From contig MQRK01226661.1 in assembly GCA_001938485.1 (NCBI GenBank), forward strand, positions 1 to 52,239: 52,239 nt of DNA, in the 5' to 3' direction. This DNA is from Girardia tigrina (Eukaryota). Made by a program: the position numbers and the translations under genes. The notes beneath the pieces were generated by a model that did no database searches, was not told the origin of the DNA, and saw nothing but the letters and a program-made list of their open reading frames with translations. Positions 37,201 through 47,858 of this stretch are shown here, one piece after another (the stretch's first letter is position 1; the number at the start of each line of letters is the position of its first letter).

Positions 37201-39066
37201 TCAAAGCGGTAGCTAGATAAAGGGAAAAAATTATAAAAATCCCAACGCATATTTTATATACTTATTTCAAAAATCCTGTATCAAATTTGATATTCAGGGC
37301 ATTTGAGGGTTGATGAATTATCAAAATAAGAGTCGAAATGGTTCCAAAATAGTAAAAATATACATAATTCGAAATACTATTAGATAAGTTATATTAAATA
37401 CTTGTCTTATTAAATCAAGAAAAAATGTGTCTCTCAATAGAATATTATAATTGGTATTGACAAAATTTTTTTTCATAAAACTTATTATTTGCCCAGTTAA
37501 TTAAACTGATTGCAAGACTGCCAATGAACAATATAGAATAATTATGCATGCGTGGTATTAAATACCCAATTATGTGTACTCTAACACTTTTTCATTGTGC
37601 ACTAGATACAGGACGACAGTAGGGTGTCTGGTGTTGTAACATTAGTTGAAATATTCATCAAGTAATACACTGTAGGATGGTTAGTTGTCAAGTAGATAAG
37701 ACACACTCATTCATACCCGCATGATGCGACATGATGCATTTTGTTGATCAATTTCTTACTCATTATTCGTGTCTGTCTGACTGTCTTTCTATAGTTTGGA
37801 TCAACTGCTAGAGGCGTCCGACACCGAGCTGGATTCCTTATTCATTTCCTATTTTGGGGAACTGCCAGACTATCGTTAGTCGGATTTCCGTTTTTATCAT
37901 GTTTCACATCATCGTTTTTTTTATTTTCAGTTGATGCAAAAACTTCATGTGAAAATCAGTAGAATTAACATTTTCGGTTAATTTGAAGTAAAAAAATGTG
38001 AAAATTTAGAATTCATTGTAAATATGTAAAGAATAGTAAATTTTTGTCCACATTCAGTGTCTGTGTGAAACTAGATTGTTTAGTTTTTTTTGTTATGTTC
38101 AATTATAAAATAATTTGAATTTATGAATTTTTGATTTATTTTTTTTACGTTGGTAAAGATTTTAATGAATAAAAATATTTTGTCGTTGTAAAATGTGATT
38201 GAAAATTTGCATGAAACTGAGTTTTAAGTCAAAATGGGAATTATCGGAAAATAAATCGTTTTATCCTCTTTGAAAATTTATGATCCAATATTTTAATTTT
38301 TTACTCAGGTTACTCAACCTAAACTATTTTACGGACTTTTTTTTTGAACAATTGGCAGACCGATGAGCCGAAGTTCTTTGAAGCGTTATTTTGATAATGC
38401 TTTTATACAAAAAAATTATATTTTAATGGATTAATTATTTTTTGTATTAAACTTCTCCATAACTTCGGTATCAAATAAAATAAACCCCCACCACTATTTC
38501 GATAAAATACTTTTTAGGAATAATTTTAATATGCAGTTGCATAGAAGTTTTACAGTCAAAGAGGTAGACTTGAAATTTATACAGACTATAGATTGTGTTA
38601 AGAATATTCCAAACAAATTTAAAATGGATAAGACATGATTGTCTGTCTCTAGAATCTATACATTTTATTAGTTGAAAAGTTAATGTGTCACTATTACGAA
38701 GTATTATAATATTTTACAACCTAAAAAACACGAAGTTCTGTCCATCTTTCTAAGTTGCAAAGTTAAAAAAACATAAACCGAGGATGTAATTATATTTGCT
38801 CAGATTAATCAATCATATTTTTTGCATTATGTATCACTATGTCCGGAATTTCAGACAGACACGTTTTAGATAGTTTGTCTTTCATTAATATATAATATTA
38901 GTAATTAGTGCTTCTGTTTATAGCGTGTACGAAAATTTATACAAAGACTGATTATAATTCAATGTGATTAAATGTTTGTTGAATTTTAAATCGTAAATAA
39001 GAAAATTTATTTATTAAATTGGTTAGAATTACTTGGAATGTAATTACAAATTAGATATAACATTTA

Positions 39067-40598
39067 TTAGGTTGATGCAAAAGAAATGTCGTCTTTAATG
39101 TATTTAATATTCATTGTTTGAAATATTTAGAAAATCAATAATAAATAGATTCATATTTAAATTTACTTTAAAGCTTAAACTTTACTCTATATTTTGATAC
39201 CAAGTATGACATTATTGTTGTTAATTTAAGGTGTATTTATTTTATTTTAGAAATGTTGGAAAAGAAGGAAATAAGAACAATTTTATTCTACGATTTCAAA
39301 CTAGGTCGAAAAGCGACAGAAACGACTCGGAATATTAACAATGTATTTGGACAGCATGCCATTAATTTACGAACAGTACAACGTTGGTTTGCAACGAGAG
39401 CCTTGAAGATAACGAACACGGTAGTCGACCATCACAAGTTGCCGATGACCATTTAAAGAAGTTAATCAATGCCGACCCGTATAAAAATTCACGGGAAGTC
39501 GCTCAAGAATTCAACGTTCACCAATCAACAGTTGTTCGCCATCTGAAGAAAATCTGAAAAGTGAAAAAGTTGGACAAGTGGGTTCCGCATGAATTAAACG
39601 AAAATCAAAAAAATCGTCGTTTTATCGAGTGTTCTTCTCTGCTTTTGCATAATCAAAGCGACACGTTTCTGGATCGAATTGTAACATGCCATGAAAAATG
39701 GATCCTATACGACAACCGGCGACGTTCAGAAAATATCGCAGATTTTGCAATGCGTGGTTCGTGTAAAAGAAAGATCGCTTAAAAAGAAATAGAATATGCG
39801 GCCACCGCAAAAATAAGGACGTAACAAAAACGCATAGTGCGTTAATATAATAATAATAAATTAGATTTTATTTAAATAATATAAATAAATAACATATATA
39901 AAATTAATTTATTTTAAATAAAATTATAGATAATAAATATAAATAAAATTTACAACAAAGACGATTATAATAAATAATAACCAATAAATAATAACGTCGT
40001 ATTATTTAACACAACAAAAAAATAAACTTCAATTGTTTATTAACAATAATAAAATAGACAAAAAAATAAAAATAAATTGTTTTTATTTACCTTCCCCAAC
40101 ACATTACAGCTTCCCAAAACAAGGCGAAACAATTACAGCGGAAAAATATTGTCAGCAAATTGACAAAATGCACTAAGAACTACAAAAAAGCAACCGGGAT
40201 TACTCAATAGAATGGAGCCAATTCTTTTGCATGACAGCTCTCATACACATGTTGCTAGAAAGGCCATGCTAGAGATAAACGAACTGGGATAGGCAACTTT
40301 GCTTCATCCACCGTACTCACCAGACCTTTCTTCTAAAGTCTATCACCTTTTCATACATTTCAACCAGTTCCTTTGTAAAACATGCTCCAGAAACCAAGGA
40401 GATTCTAAAAGAACCTTGGACGACTTGTTCGTCTCCAGAACTCCAGAATTTTATGAAACTAGGATAGAAAACTTGTTACCCGTTGGCAACAGTGTGTTCA
40501 ATGTAATGCTTTTTATTCTGCTAATAAAGTTAATTCTAAAGAAAGTTATGTTCATTTAAAGTTGACGGTTAAAAAACATTTCTTTTGCATCAACCTAA
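39067..40598 (+). mobile_element. Mariner transposon (cecropia/Hsmar1-like) with both TIRs, pseudogenised
   Basis: TIRs ttaggttgatgcaaaagaaatg / catttcttttgcatcaacctaa; YDFKLGRKA, WVPHELNENQK, IVTCHEKW, LLHDS, HPPYSPDLS. Confidence 0.95.
39730..40101 (+). mobile_element. Partial LTR-like AT-rich insertion replacing part of the mariner catalytic domain
   Basis: Mariner homology stops at DNRRRS and resumes at HYSF; the insert has AATAAA upstream of a ...CCCCAACA end. Confidence 0.45.
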
Positions 40599-40739
40599 CA
40601 CCTTACTCGAAAAATTACATCTTTACAACGTAATTTCTATTTACTTTAATGGACTTTTTACGTTTTATTTTTTTCATTTTTCATTCGTGAACAGTGTTGA
40701 AATGACGACACCAATATTAAAGAAAGCTATTTACGATCA

Positions 40740-41330
40740 CGTGGAATAATGGAGCTTATTAGAAAATGTTAGACCACCCATAGACTTGTAAAGGATGATG
40801 TTGGGTACTACTTTCCTTAGACGAACCTGGCCCTTAAAATTTGGACTAAATTTTTTTAGTGTTTTCGTTTCTTTGTCTCGATGGTAAATAAGAGTGGTAA
40901 AAATTTTTAAAAATGTCAAAACAATATTGAAGAAGATATTTTAGATCAAACTTCACTGTTCAAGTTCGAATTTTTGACTTGAAAAGACCAAAAACAAATT
41001 AGAATTTAGAATTAGAAATAAATTCGATGTGTGCAATACGAACCATGAGTGTTTGGAGAATATTAGGTGGTCTAATGAGATTCATTTGTATTTAAATTTT
41101 AAATGGACAAGTCACTAATTTGTGATTCGATTTCAGGATAATTTATAAAAATGTCGTAGAAAAACAGTTAACTTGTTCAAAAACAATTTTTTGATATTGA
41201 TTTACTTCAAAATTCAAAATCTGACTTATATACATGAACTTGAATTTTAAAGACATCGTGTTTCGAAAAATATGTGATCTAATCATCTGGTCAATGTACA
41301 TTTCAATTTTGTGAACATAAGGAAACTTTT
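40740..41330 (+). mobile_element. Very old DD41D-like transposase relic
   Basis: LENIRWSNEIHLYL..NGQVT (similar to IWFSDEAHFHLNG.VN) and VEKQLTCSK. Confidence 0.5.
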
Positions 41331-41398
41331 AGGCATTAGTTTTCGGTTTGAATAAAATATATCTAGAACTTTAAATTAACATGTATTTTAATGAAAAT

Positions 41399-41403
<5 letters not shown>

Positions 41404-41440
<37 letters not shown>
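41404..41440. repeat. (TA)n microsatellite
   Basis: Perfect TA run; another lies at 28471-28492. Confidence 0.95.
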
Positions 41441-41443
<3 letters not shown>

Positions 41444-41979
41444 ATATTTTTTATTATTTATCCTTTTAACCATCACTCTAGGACCATTATTAGTCGGTTA
41501 CTTCAGTAATTAGAAAAAAAAATAATTATATTTTTAAATAACTCTTATTACATAAATTAGTAAATCAAAAAAAATTATATCCATGATTTATTCGGACAGA
41601 ACTCAACTTGGTCAACAGAATTTTTTGTTATCTTTTGTAGAAGTTAAAATTGCAATTACATTTTTGTAAATAAATTTATAATTTTATTAGTAATTATTTA
41701 AATCTTTTGTATAAAGGAAAATTTCATACAAAACTTTTTACAACTCCATTTTGCAATTAAATAGTGACTGTTAGGATTTGGCCGACATTAAACTAAATCG
41801 TCCGATCAACTAAGTGAAGCGACTAGTGTTATATGACTAGATAAAAATTGCGGTAATTAAACTTCTCTCGCAATAAATGTGTTTGGCTAAAGAGCACTTT
41901 TATTAACTAAATTAACCAAAGGCAGTAATCCACTTTGATGAACCTATTTATTTAGCCAATAATAATTAAATAACTGATT

Positions 41980-43300
41980 AGTAGGGGGGAAATGTATGTT
42001 CTTCCCACATCACCCCCCCGGGGGTAGCCCGTTGCCATGACAACTTTACCGGTTACCATAGCAACGCTCGCGGTTACCTTAGCAACGGTCGTGATCACTC
42101 TAGCAACGATTCCGATTGGTCCCCGGTACATTGGAAACACTTCTGATTGGTTCCCGGGTCCCTAGCAACGGTTTCGGTTCTCATAGCAACGGTAACCAAG
42201 GACGTTTTTCATTAGCAACGGATACAGTGATTCAAGGCGGTTGTAACCATGGTAACGGTTACCGTATCCATAGCAACCATGACCCTTTCCTTAGCAACCG
42301 AAGAAAAAAGTGCTAATCGATCACTACATAGTGCCCAGATGTGCTAATCCATAGTGCACATTGTGCCGCACATTTCTAATGTGCTAGCACAGTGCTTTTT
42401 AAGTTGCACATGTGCAAAAGTGCAAAAGTCAATACATCAAATTTTTTTAAAAGTACTAGTGTCAAAAATCGATATCATGTGTTTGATGCACATTTTAATT
42501 CTTTATCTGAATGTGCAATTAGAAATTTCATATATTGATTAGGTTTTCCTATAATTAGCATAATGTGCAAATTTGCACAAAATGCACATTGATTTTAAAG
42601 ACAGAAGAAAGTAGAATATCAAAAAAGTGTTGATGCACTTGAATAGAAATCCATATACGTACATTTAGATTCCATGTCAACATTTTCAAAACAGTGCTGA
42701 TAAATTGATTTTTTCGAACATTTCTGAAATTCTTAAAAAAGTGCTCAAAAATCTATTTTTTCGTACATATCTGAAACCTATATGATATATGTATGTTATT
42801 AACCATCATATAATACTTCATGAATTGCTCAATGTACCTTATCATCAATCACAAATACCATCGAACATTTCTGAAATTCTTAAAAAAGTGCTCAAAAATC
42901 AATTTTTCGTATATATCTGAAACCCTTATGATATATGTATGTTGTTTACCATCAAACAATACCTCATGAATCTCCTAATATACACAAGTAAAATCACAAG
43001 TACCATGGTTATCGTAACCAAGAAACATAACATTTTATTTTACATGTAAAATCTACATGTATAAAACTCCTGTTGTACTTAAAACGTGCATAGACATTAT
43101 ACATACCACCTACACAATCACCAAAAGTACCTGAGCCTAGGCATCAACCATCAAAAGTATCTAGGTTACCGTAACCATGATACATAACCTTTTAAGATTA
43201 TATATAAAAACAATCGAAAACACCTTAGAAACCATCACTGTTATCTTTAAACTATGAAAAACACCTTAAAAATCATCGAAAACTACACAGTGCCCAGATT
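41980..43300 (+). mobile_element. Putative Polinton/Maverick-like terminal region
   Basis: Abrupt start AGTAGGGGGGAAATG followed by a C7G5 palindrome, shared with 52176. Internal ~110-bp tandem duplication (42714 and 42861). pPolB lies downstream. Confidence 0.5.
42031..42298. promoter_or_regulatory. Cluster of RFX X-box-like motifs plus two inverted CCAAT boxes
   Basis: GTTGCCATGACAAC, GTTACCATAGCAAC, GTTACCTTAGCAAC, GTAACCATGGTAAC, GTATCCATAGCAAC; TAGCAAC occurs 8 times; GATTGG twice. Confidence 0.7.
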
Positions 43301-43738
43301 CTTCAAATAAAGAACTAAGGTTGGAATTTGAATTGCTAATTCTCTAAATATAGTCGATAAAAATCATGTCAATATGTATTACACTTTCCTGACTAGCCTA
43401 GGCTAGTCCTGGCTATCTTAGGATAGGCTAGAGTACTCCGCTGTATTCTTTCTCAATGGAAAATGTTGAATAATGTGCTGTAAAGAGCATAGGTTAACCC
43501 TTGATCCATCCAGTTTACCTACCATATCATCAATATTAGTATACAATCATTTGAAGCCATAAATGATTATGGTCAACATATTAATACTATGGATATATAT
43601 GAATATGAGCGATATATGGTATGTTATGTAATAGAAAGATGAACAATTGCTCAATTATTCAACCTTTTCGTTGACTGTTATGCTTTATGTTATGTATATC
43701 AATATATGACTAGAGGAAATTATACTATAAGACATGTA

Positions 43739-44045
43739 TTACATATTTCTTCTCATTGAAAAAATGCATATATTACATGATTTTGTATTAATCGCTTGTA
43801 CAGTCGCTTGTATTAATCTGAATTGTGTCTTGTCTTCCATATATTGATATAAATGTGGTTGGAGTTCTAGATCTATCGGTAAGTTGTATTCTCGTCCGAA
43901 CATAGCTTTGTAGGGTGATATTTCCGTCGCTTCATGAGGAGTCGCTCGTATTGCCATCATTATTAAATTTAACATGACATCCCAGTTCGTCGTATATCTA
44001 TTCGTATAGCATGATAATATGCTTAGTCTGTCGCAAAAGTCCTCA
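43739..44045 (-). pseudogene. Gypsy-type integrase C-terminal core fragment
   Basis: EDFCDRLSI/LSCYTNRYTTNWDVMLNLIMMAIRATPHEATEISPYKAMFGREYNLPIDL. Confidence 0.85.
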
Positions 44046-44178
44046 GGTGGCCTTCAAAAACACACTAATATTTTACCAAATTTAACCAAATTTGGACTGA
44101 ATATTATTCAGACTTTCATAAGTACTGTGTTAAAATTTCACACCATAAAATTAAAAAAAAGTAAAATTTTGTTTTATT

Positions 44179-45200
44179 GGAGCAGGTCATGTTTATCGGT
44201 ACGATTTCTACTGGTAATATTAATCTTGTTACTGGCTGTAAATATCTTGTTGCATTGTTATGTCGTACTGGCAGTTCTTTATAACATATCCCTCTCATAG
44301 GCTGCATCTCGACGTCCACCTGGACACATTGATAAACGTACATTACTTCACCGAGGATTCTTCCAAATTGTCCTGTAGGTAGCGGTAGTAATGGGACTAG
44401 TGAGTCCGTATTTACTGTAGCAACACCCAACTTTAGCCTCAGTATTTTTTTGTTTAATTTACAGTCATTTGTCACCATGTCGAGGTATATTTTCTCCATT
44501 TTTTATTCTTGTCTATTGAATAGAAACGCCAATTTATTGTTCACATAAGCCTCTCATTTCATGTCCGTAGGTTCCACTCTAGTCCTTGTCACTCTTGTTT
44601 TGCTTAAATAAAAGCCTTTGTAGTTTGTTGCAAACATTTTCGTGTTGCATCTTGAGACGGTTTCCTTTTTAATGAATTCTATACCAACCTTTTCATTCCT
44701 TGAAATGACTGCTATTGGTGTATCTTCTAAATCTAACTGAACTTTGGCTTGGGCTTCATCTTTTAACAGGCATGTCATGTACTAATCTCGCTCCTCCTTG
44801 CTGAATCGGTTTGCCAGGATATTTATCGAAATAACCTTCCTTTAAAAATGTCAACTGACATCGTTCATGGAGTAGATTGTAGGCTAGCGTCGATAATCCG
44901 GCATCACAATATCTCTCTTTTATTTTACAATTCAACCACTGTTTCACGCAACCAGAACTGGTATCGTACCAACCGTCATACTCTTTTAATTCTAGCTCAT
45001 ACATGTCTCGCACCATCACATTGTGTCTATCTCCCAATTTTCCGCCTTGACTTGATTCGTCGGTCATAGTAAATGCTCCTGTGTCTAATGACGAATATTA
45101 TTGTTTATCAATTTTCATATTGTCGCAGTTCCAACCGAGTATAGCGTGGCTCATTGGAATTTGTGTTAGGAACACTAGTAATATGATGATCAATTGTAAG
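44179..45200 (-). pseudogene. env: Chuvirus-like (class III, gB-type) envelope glycoprotein, fragmented and C-terminally truncated
   Basis: Signal peptide LIIILLVFLTQIPMSHA|ILGWNCD; CNTKMFATNYKGFYL; AYVNNKLAFL; IYLDMVTNDC; LGEVMYVYQCVQVDVEMQPMRGICYKELPVRHNNATRYLQPVTRLIL, matching the chuviral GEVxYxxxCxxVxV...CYxELPV...FLxPxTRIL pattern. Confidence 0.8.
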
Positions 45201-46222
45201 GCTTTTTGAACTTGTGGTAGTCTTTGTGTGGTTCTTGTTCGTATCAATTTTTAACATAATTCCTTCATCTGTTCAATTGTCGTTTCTTGTAGTACTTCGA
45301 AATCATCACTTTCTTGTTGTAATCCGTCTTCAATGAAACTGTCCCATCCTCCTAAGTCTTGTTTACTCGGTTCGATATGTTTCTTGACTATTTCTGTTAG
45401 AGCTTTTATTAGTTTCTCACATTTTTGGCAGTCCTGGTCGAGTTTATTGGCATAGAATGATATTACACATGCTAGTGCAACTTGTAGTCTCAGTTTTCTT
45501 TTCCTTTTGCTAAATAATTCTTCACCGCGTTCTCTACGTCCTTAAGCGTCCGATTTTTGATTTTTCTATCGACTTCTCTGATTATTGCCGTTAATACTTC
45601 ATTTATAGGGTAACTTTTCGACGGTAATTTGATTGTTCTGACGTTCCATGTTTGTCCCGTCACCCATCTCATATATATAGTCTTACTTCATCGGCCAATA
45701 TCATCTCAGTCATGTCATTTCCTATCGGCACGTCGGTACACTGATTTCTCAGTATTTTCAATCCTTCCAGTGATCTCTGTTTCGGCGTTAATCTCGAAAC
45801 AGTTTGTCCAGATGTACCTGGTACATTATCAACATTTATCGCATTCTTTTTGCTTTTAATTTGCGCTGGTTTCCATGATTTTGTCGTTTGTGCTCCTTGT
45901 TCCGTTGTCTCCAGGTGATTACCTGTTTTTCGATCTGCATACTAATCCATGTAGGTTTGTTTCAATATTGGTCTTGTTGGTTCGATAACTGGGAGGTTTG
46001 ATATTATTTCTTGCAATGAATCGTCTATATCCACTCCGAATGGTCTGACTGGCCTTTGATAGGTTTTCCCTGTTGACGACTGTGAACTGATTGAGAGGTT
46101 CGTATCTTTGCTCTACACGATATATGGTAACTGCCCAACGGTCGGTTATATTTTTGGTGTCTCATCCCAGTTTTGAACCCGAAGGCGCTCACTGTATTTT
46201 TAATTTTACCTTTAGGATTCAC
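45201..46222 (-). pseudogene. Broken ~330-aa leader ORF of unknown function, running into the glycoprotein frame
   Basis: Near-continuous coding frame with a few stops and frameshifts; the last segment (RLQVALACVISF...QKALQLIIILL) is in frame with the signal peptide. Confidence 0.45.
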
Positions 46223-46342
46223 ACTTAATATTTACATTTATCCCCTTATCCAAGCATTATTTCTCATTTAAAGATTATATACATACATACTTTTATTACC
46301 ATAAAACATTTATTATACATATATCATACTTCTATTATACAT

Positions 46343-46672
46343 CTATACAACACTTTCTAAATAGTCTTTTATCTCTATATTTTCTTTATTTTCGGCATCC
46401 AAGGCCTTTCGATAGGCAGTTATTCGCTTCTTTAATCTCTCTATTTTGGTTCTCTTCCTTCTGATTTTCGCATTGATTTCATGTATACGATTTTTGATTT
46501 CGTCCACTACTTCTGAGGTTGTTTCTTCCCAGTAATAGGTATCGTCTAATCTTTCATATACGTTTTTCATACTTTCCAATTTATTCAAATATCTTTTCTC
46601 CAATATGCGAAGGTCTATCAAAACTCCGACTTTATTTTCTACTCTATCCAATATACTTTCCAATATCCTCAA
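46343..46672 (-). CDS. Basic, coiled-coil-like hypothetical protein; first ORF after the PBS
   Basis: 109-aa ORF with heptad-like IKNRIHEINAKIRRKRTKIERLKKRI. Confidence 0.45.
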   Translation of the reverse strand: MRILESILDRVENKVGVLIDLRILEKRYLNKLESMKNVYERLDDTYYWEETTSEVVDEIKNRIHEINAKIRRKRTKIERLKKRITAYRKALDAENKENIEIKDYLESVV

Positions 46673-47403
46673 GGTAAGATGTCTTGGTATTTCTCGGTCA
46701 TTGTCTCTCGTTTGTTTGTGTTTCTACAGTCAATATTTCTTCTATTATTCCTGCATTTGAGGTTCCGGTCTCTCATGGTCATTAATTATACTGAAAATAT
46801 TATCCATTAAATCATTTTCATTTATCAATTCTCATCATTTATTTCATCATTATTTATATCTTTTCTATTTCTCATATTTCTCATATTTCATCAATCAATT
46901 ATTTATCTCCATTATCGCTTCATTTTCATTTTAATATTCTTCTGATTTTATCAATTACATATCACTTATCGTTAATCTCTTTCTCATTTCGTTTTTAACA
47001 TATATTTCATTTCTTTATCATCCGAAGTCGATTTTTCTTTTTAATTCAAATACATTGTACTCCATTTTTTCTATCTTTATCGTTGTGCGCCATTATTTTT
47101 GTCCTTGTAATCTAATGTCTTTCATAAAATTCACAAATTTCTGTCTCGATTGGAGTTCATAAATCTACAATATCAATTATAACATAAATTCATTAAATTT
47201 TCAAATATTTATCTGTTCAAATCATTATTAATATACACATTAAAAACTCCATTAAACTTCATCATCCCGGGGATAGTATTATTATTTCATATTTTCCGTC
47301 CCAGCTCAAGGCGTTTCATTGTGAACCATTTATTCTAAATCGTAACATCGATCCTCAAAATCTCTTTCCTTTAATCATGGATCGAAGGCAAACACGTGAT
47401 TCC

Positions 47404-47419
47404 TCCTGATCACGGACCA
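47404..47419 (-). promoter_or_regulatory. Putative primer-binding site, tRNA-His-like
   Basis: TGGTCCGTGATCAGGA versus the His-type PBS TGGTGCCGTGACCAGGA (one deletion, one mismatch). Confidence 0.55.
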
Positions 47420-47420
47420 A

Positions 47421-47845
47421 ATTTTTCTCTCAGTTCACGGAAGTTTCAGTTCTCTGGGTGGGAGGATTCATTTGCCGGCTAAATATATTATCGTCTTCTC
47501 CTCACCTACTAACCTTCACCCAGCCGCGATGCTCAAAAGCACGTCTTTACCTCCGCGAGGTTTATTGGCTACAACAATCTTTAGAGAGGCTGCTTCCTCT
47601 GGTCCCTATATATGCGCCCGTTGTTAACGAACACTCACCTCGGTTTTCTTTAGGTGTTTTCTCACCCCTTTTGATTACGGTGTCTAGTCACCGGGCACTC
47701 ACTGGCCATGTTTAATGGTCACATAGGGTGTTGCCGCTGAGATCGACTCTCGTGAGCAGTCCTTTCCGCTTGATTCCGTACTCACTCAATCCTCAGTTCA
47801 TCAGGGAGTACGTGTCCACTGATCGAGCAGGGCTCGACACGGATC
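47421..47845 (-). repeat. Putative 5' LTR (upstream-truncated)
   Basis: GC-richer non-coding block. On the minus strand: TATATA near 47610, then AATAAA at 47561-47566, then the PBS. Confidence 0.5.
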
Positions 47846-47858
47846 TTTAGAAGATTGA

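Noticed and set aside
38520-38900. Helentron/DINE-like repeat (cagacagac)
   Set aside because: No diagnostic subterminal repeats or 3' hairpin could be pinned down.
399-40559. Alternative genetic code (TAA/TAG or TGA read-through), suggested by many in-frame stops
   Set aside because: The stops replace different conserved residues (G, W, R, E, Y, Q) and co-occur with frameshifts, which is consistent with decay.
42031-42298. CRISPR-like array
   Set aside because: The repeats are only 7-14 bp, degenerate and irregularly spaced; there are no cas genes and the context is eukaryotic.
41952-42316. ORFs 41952-42140 and 42116-42316 as proteins
   Set aside because: Their repetitive VAMVT and HSNG peptides are by-products of the X-box DNA repeats.
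43739-44045. Integrase as the Polinton's own integrase
   Set aside because: The motifs (AIRATPH, SPY..MFGRE..LPIDL) are Ty3/Gypsy-like rather than Polinton-like.
20495-47846. GATC sites at element junctions (about 20503 and 47842) as ligation artefacts
   Set aside because: A 4-mer is too common and other junctions lack it; it cannot be supported without reads.
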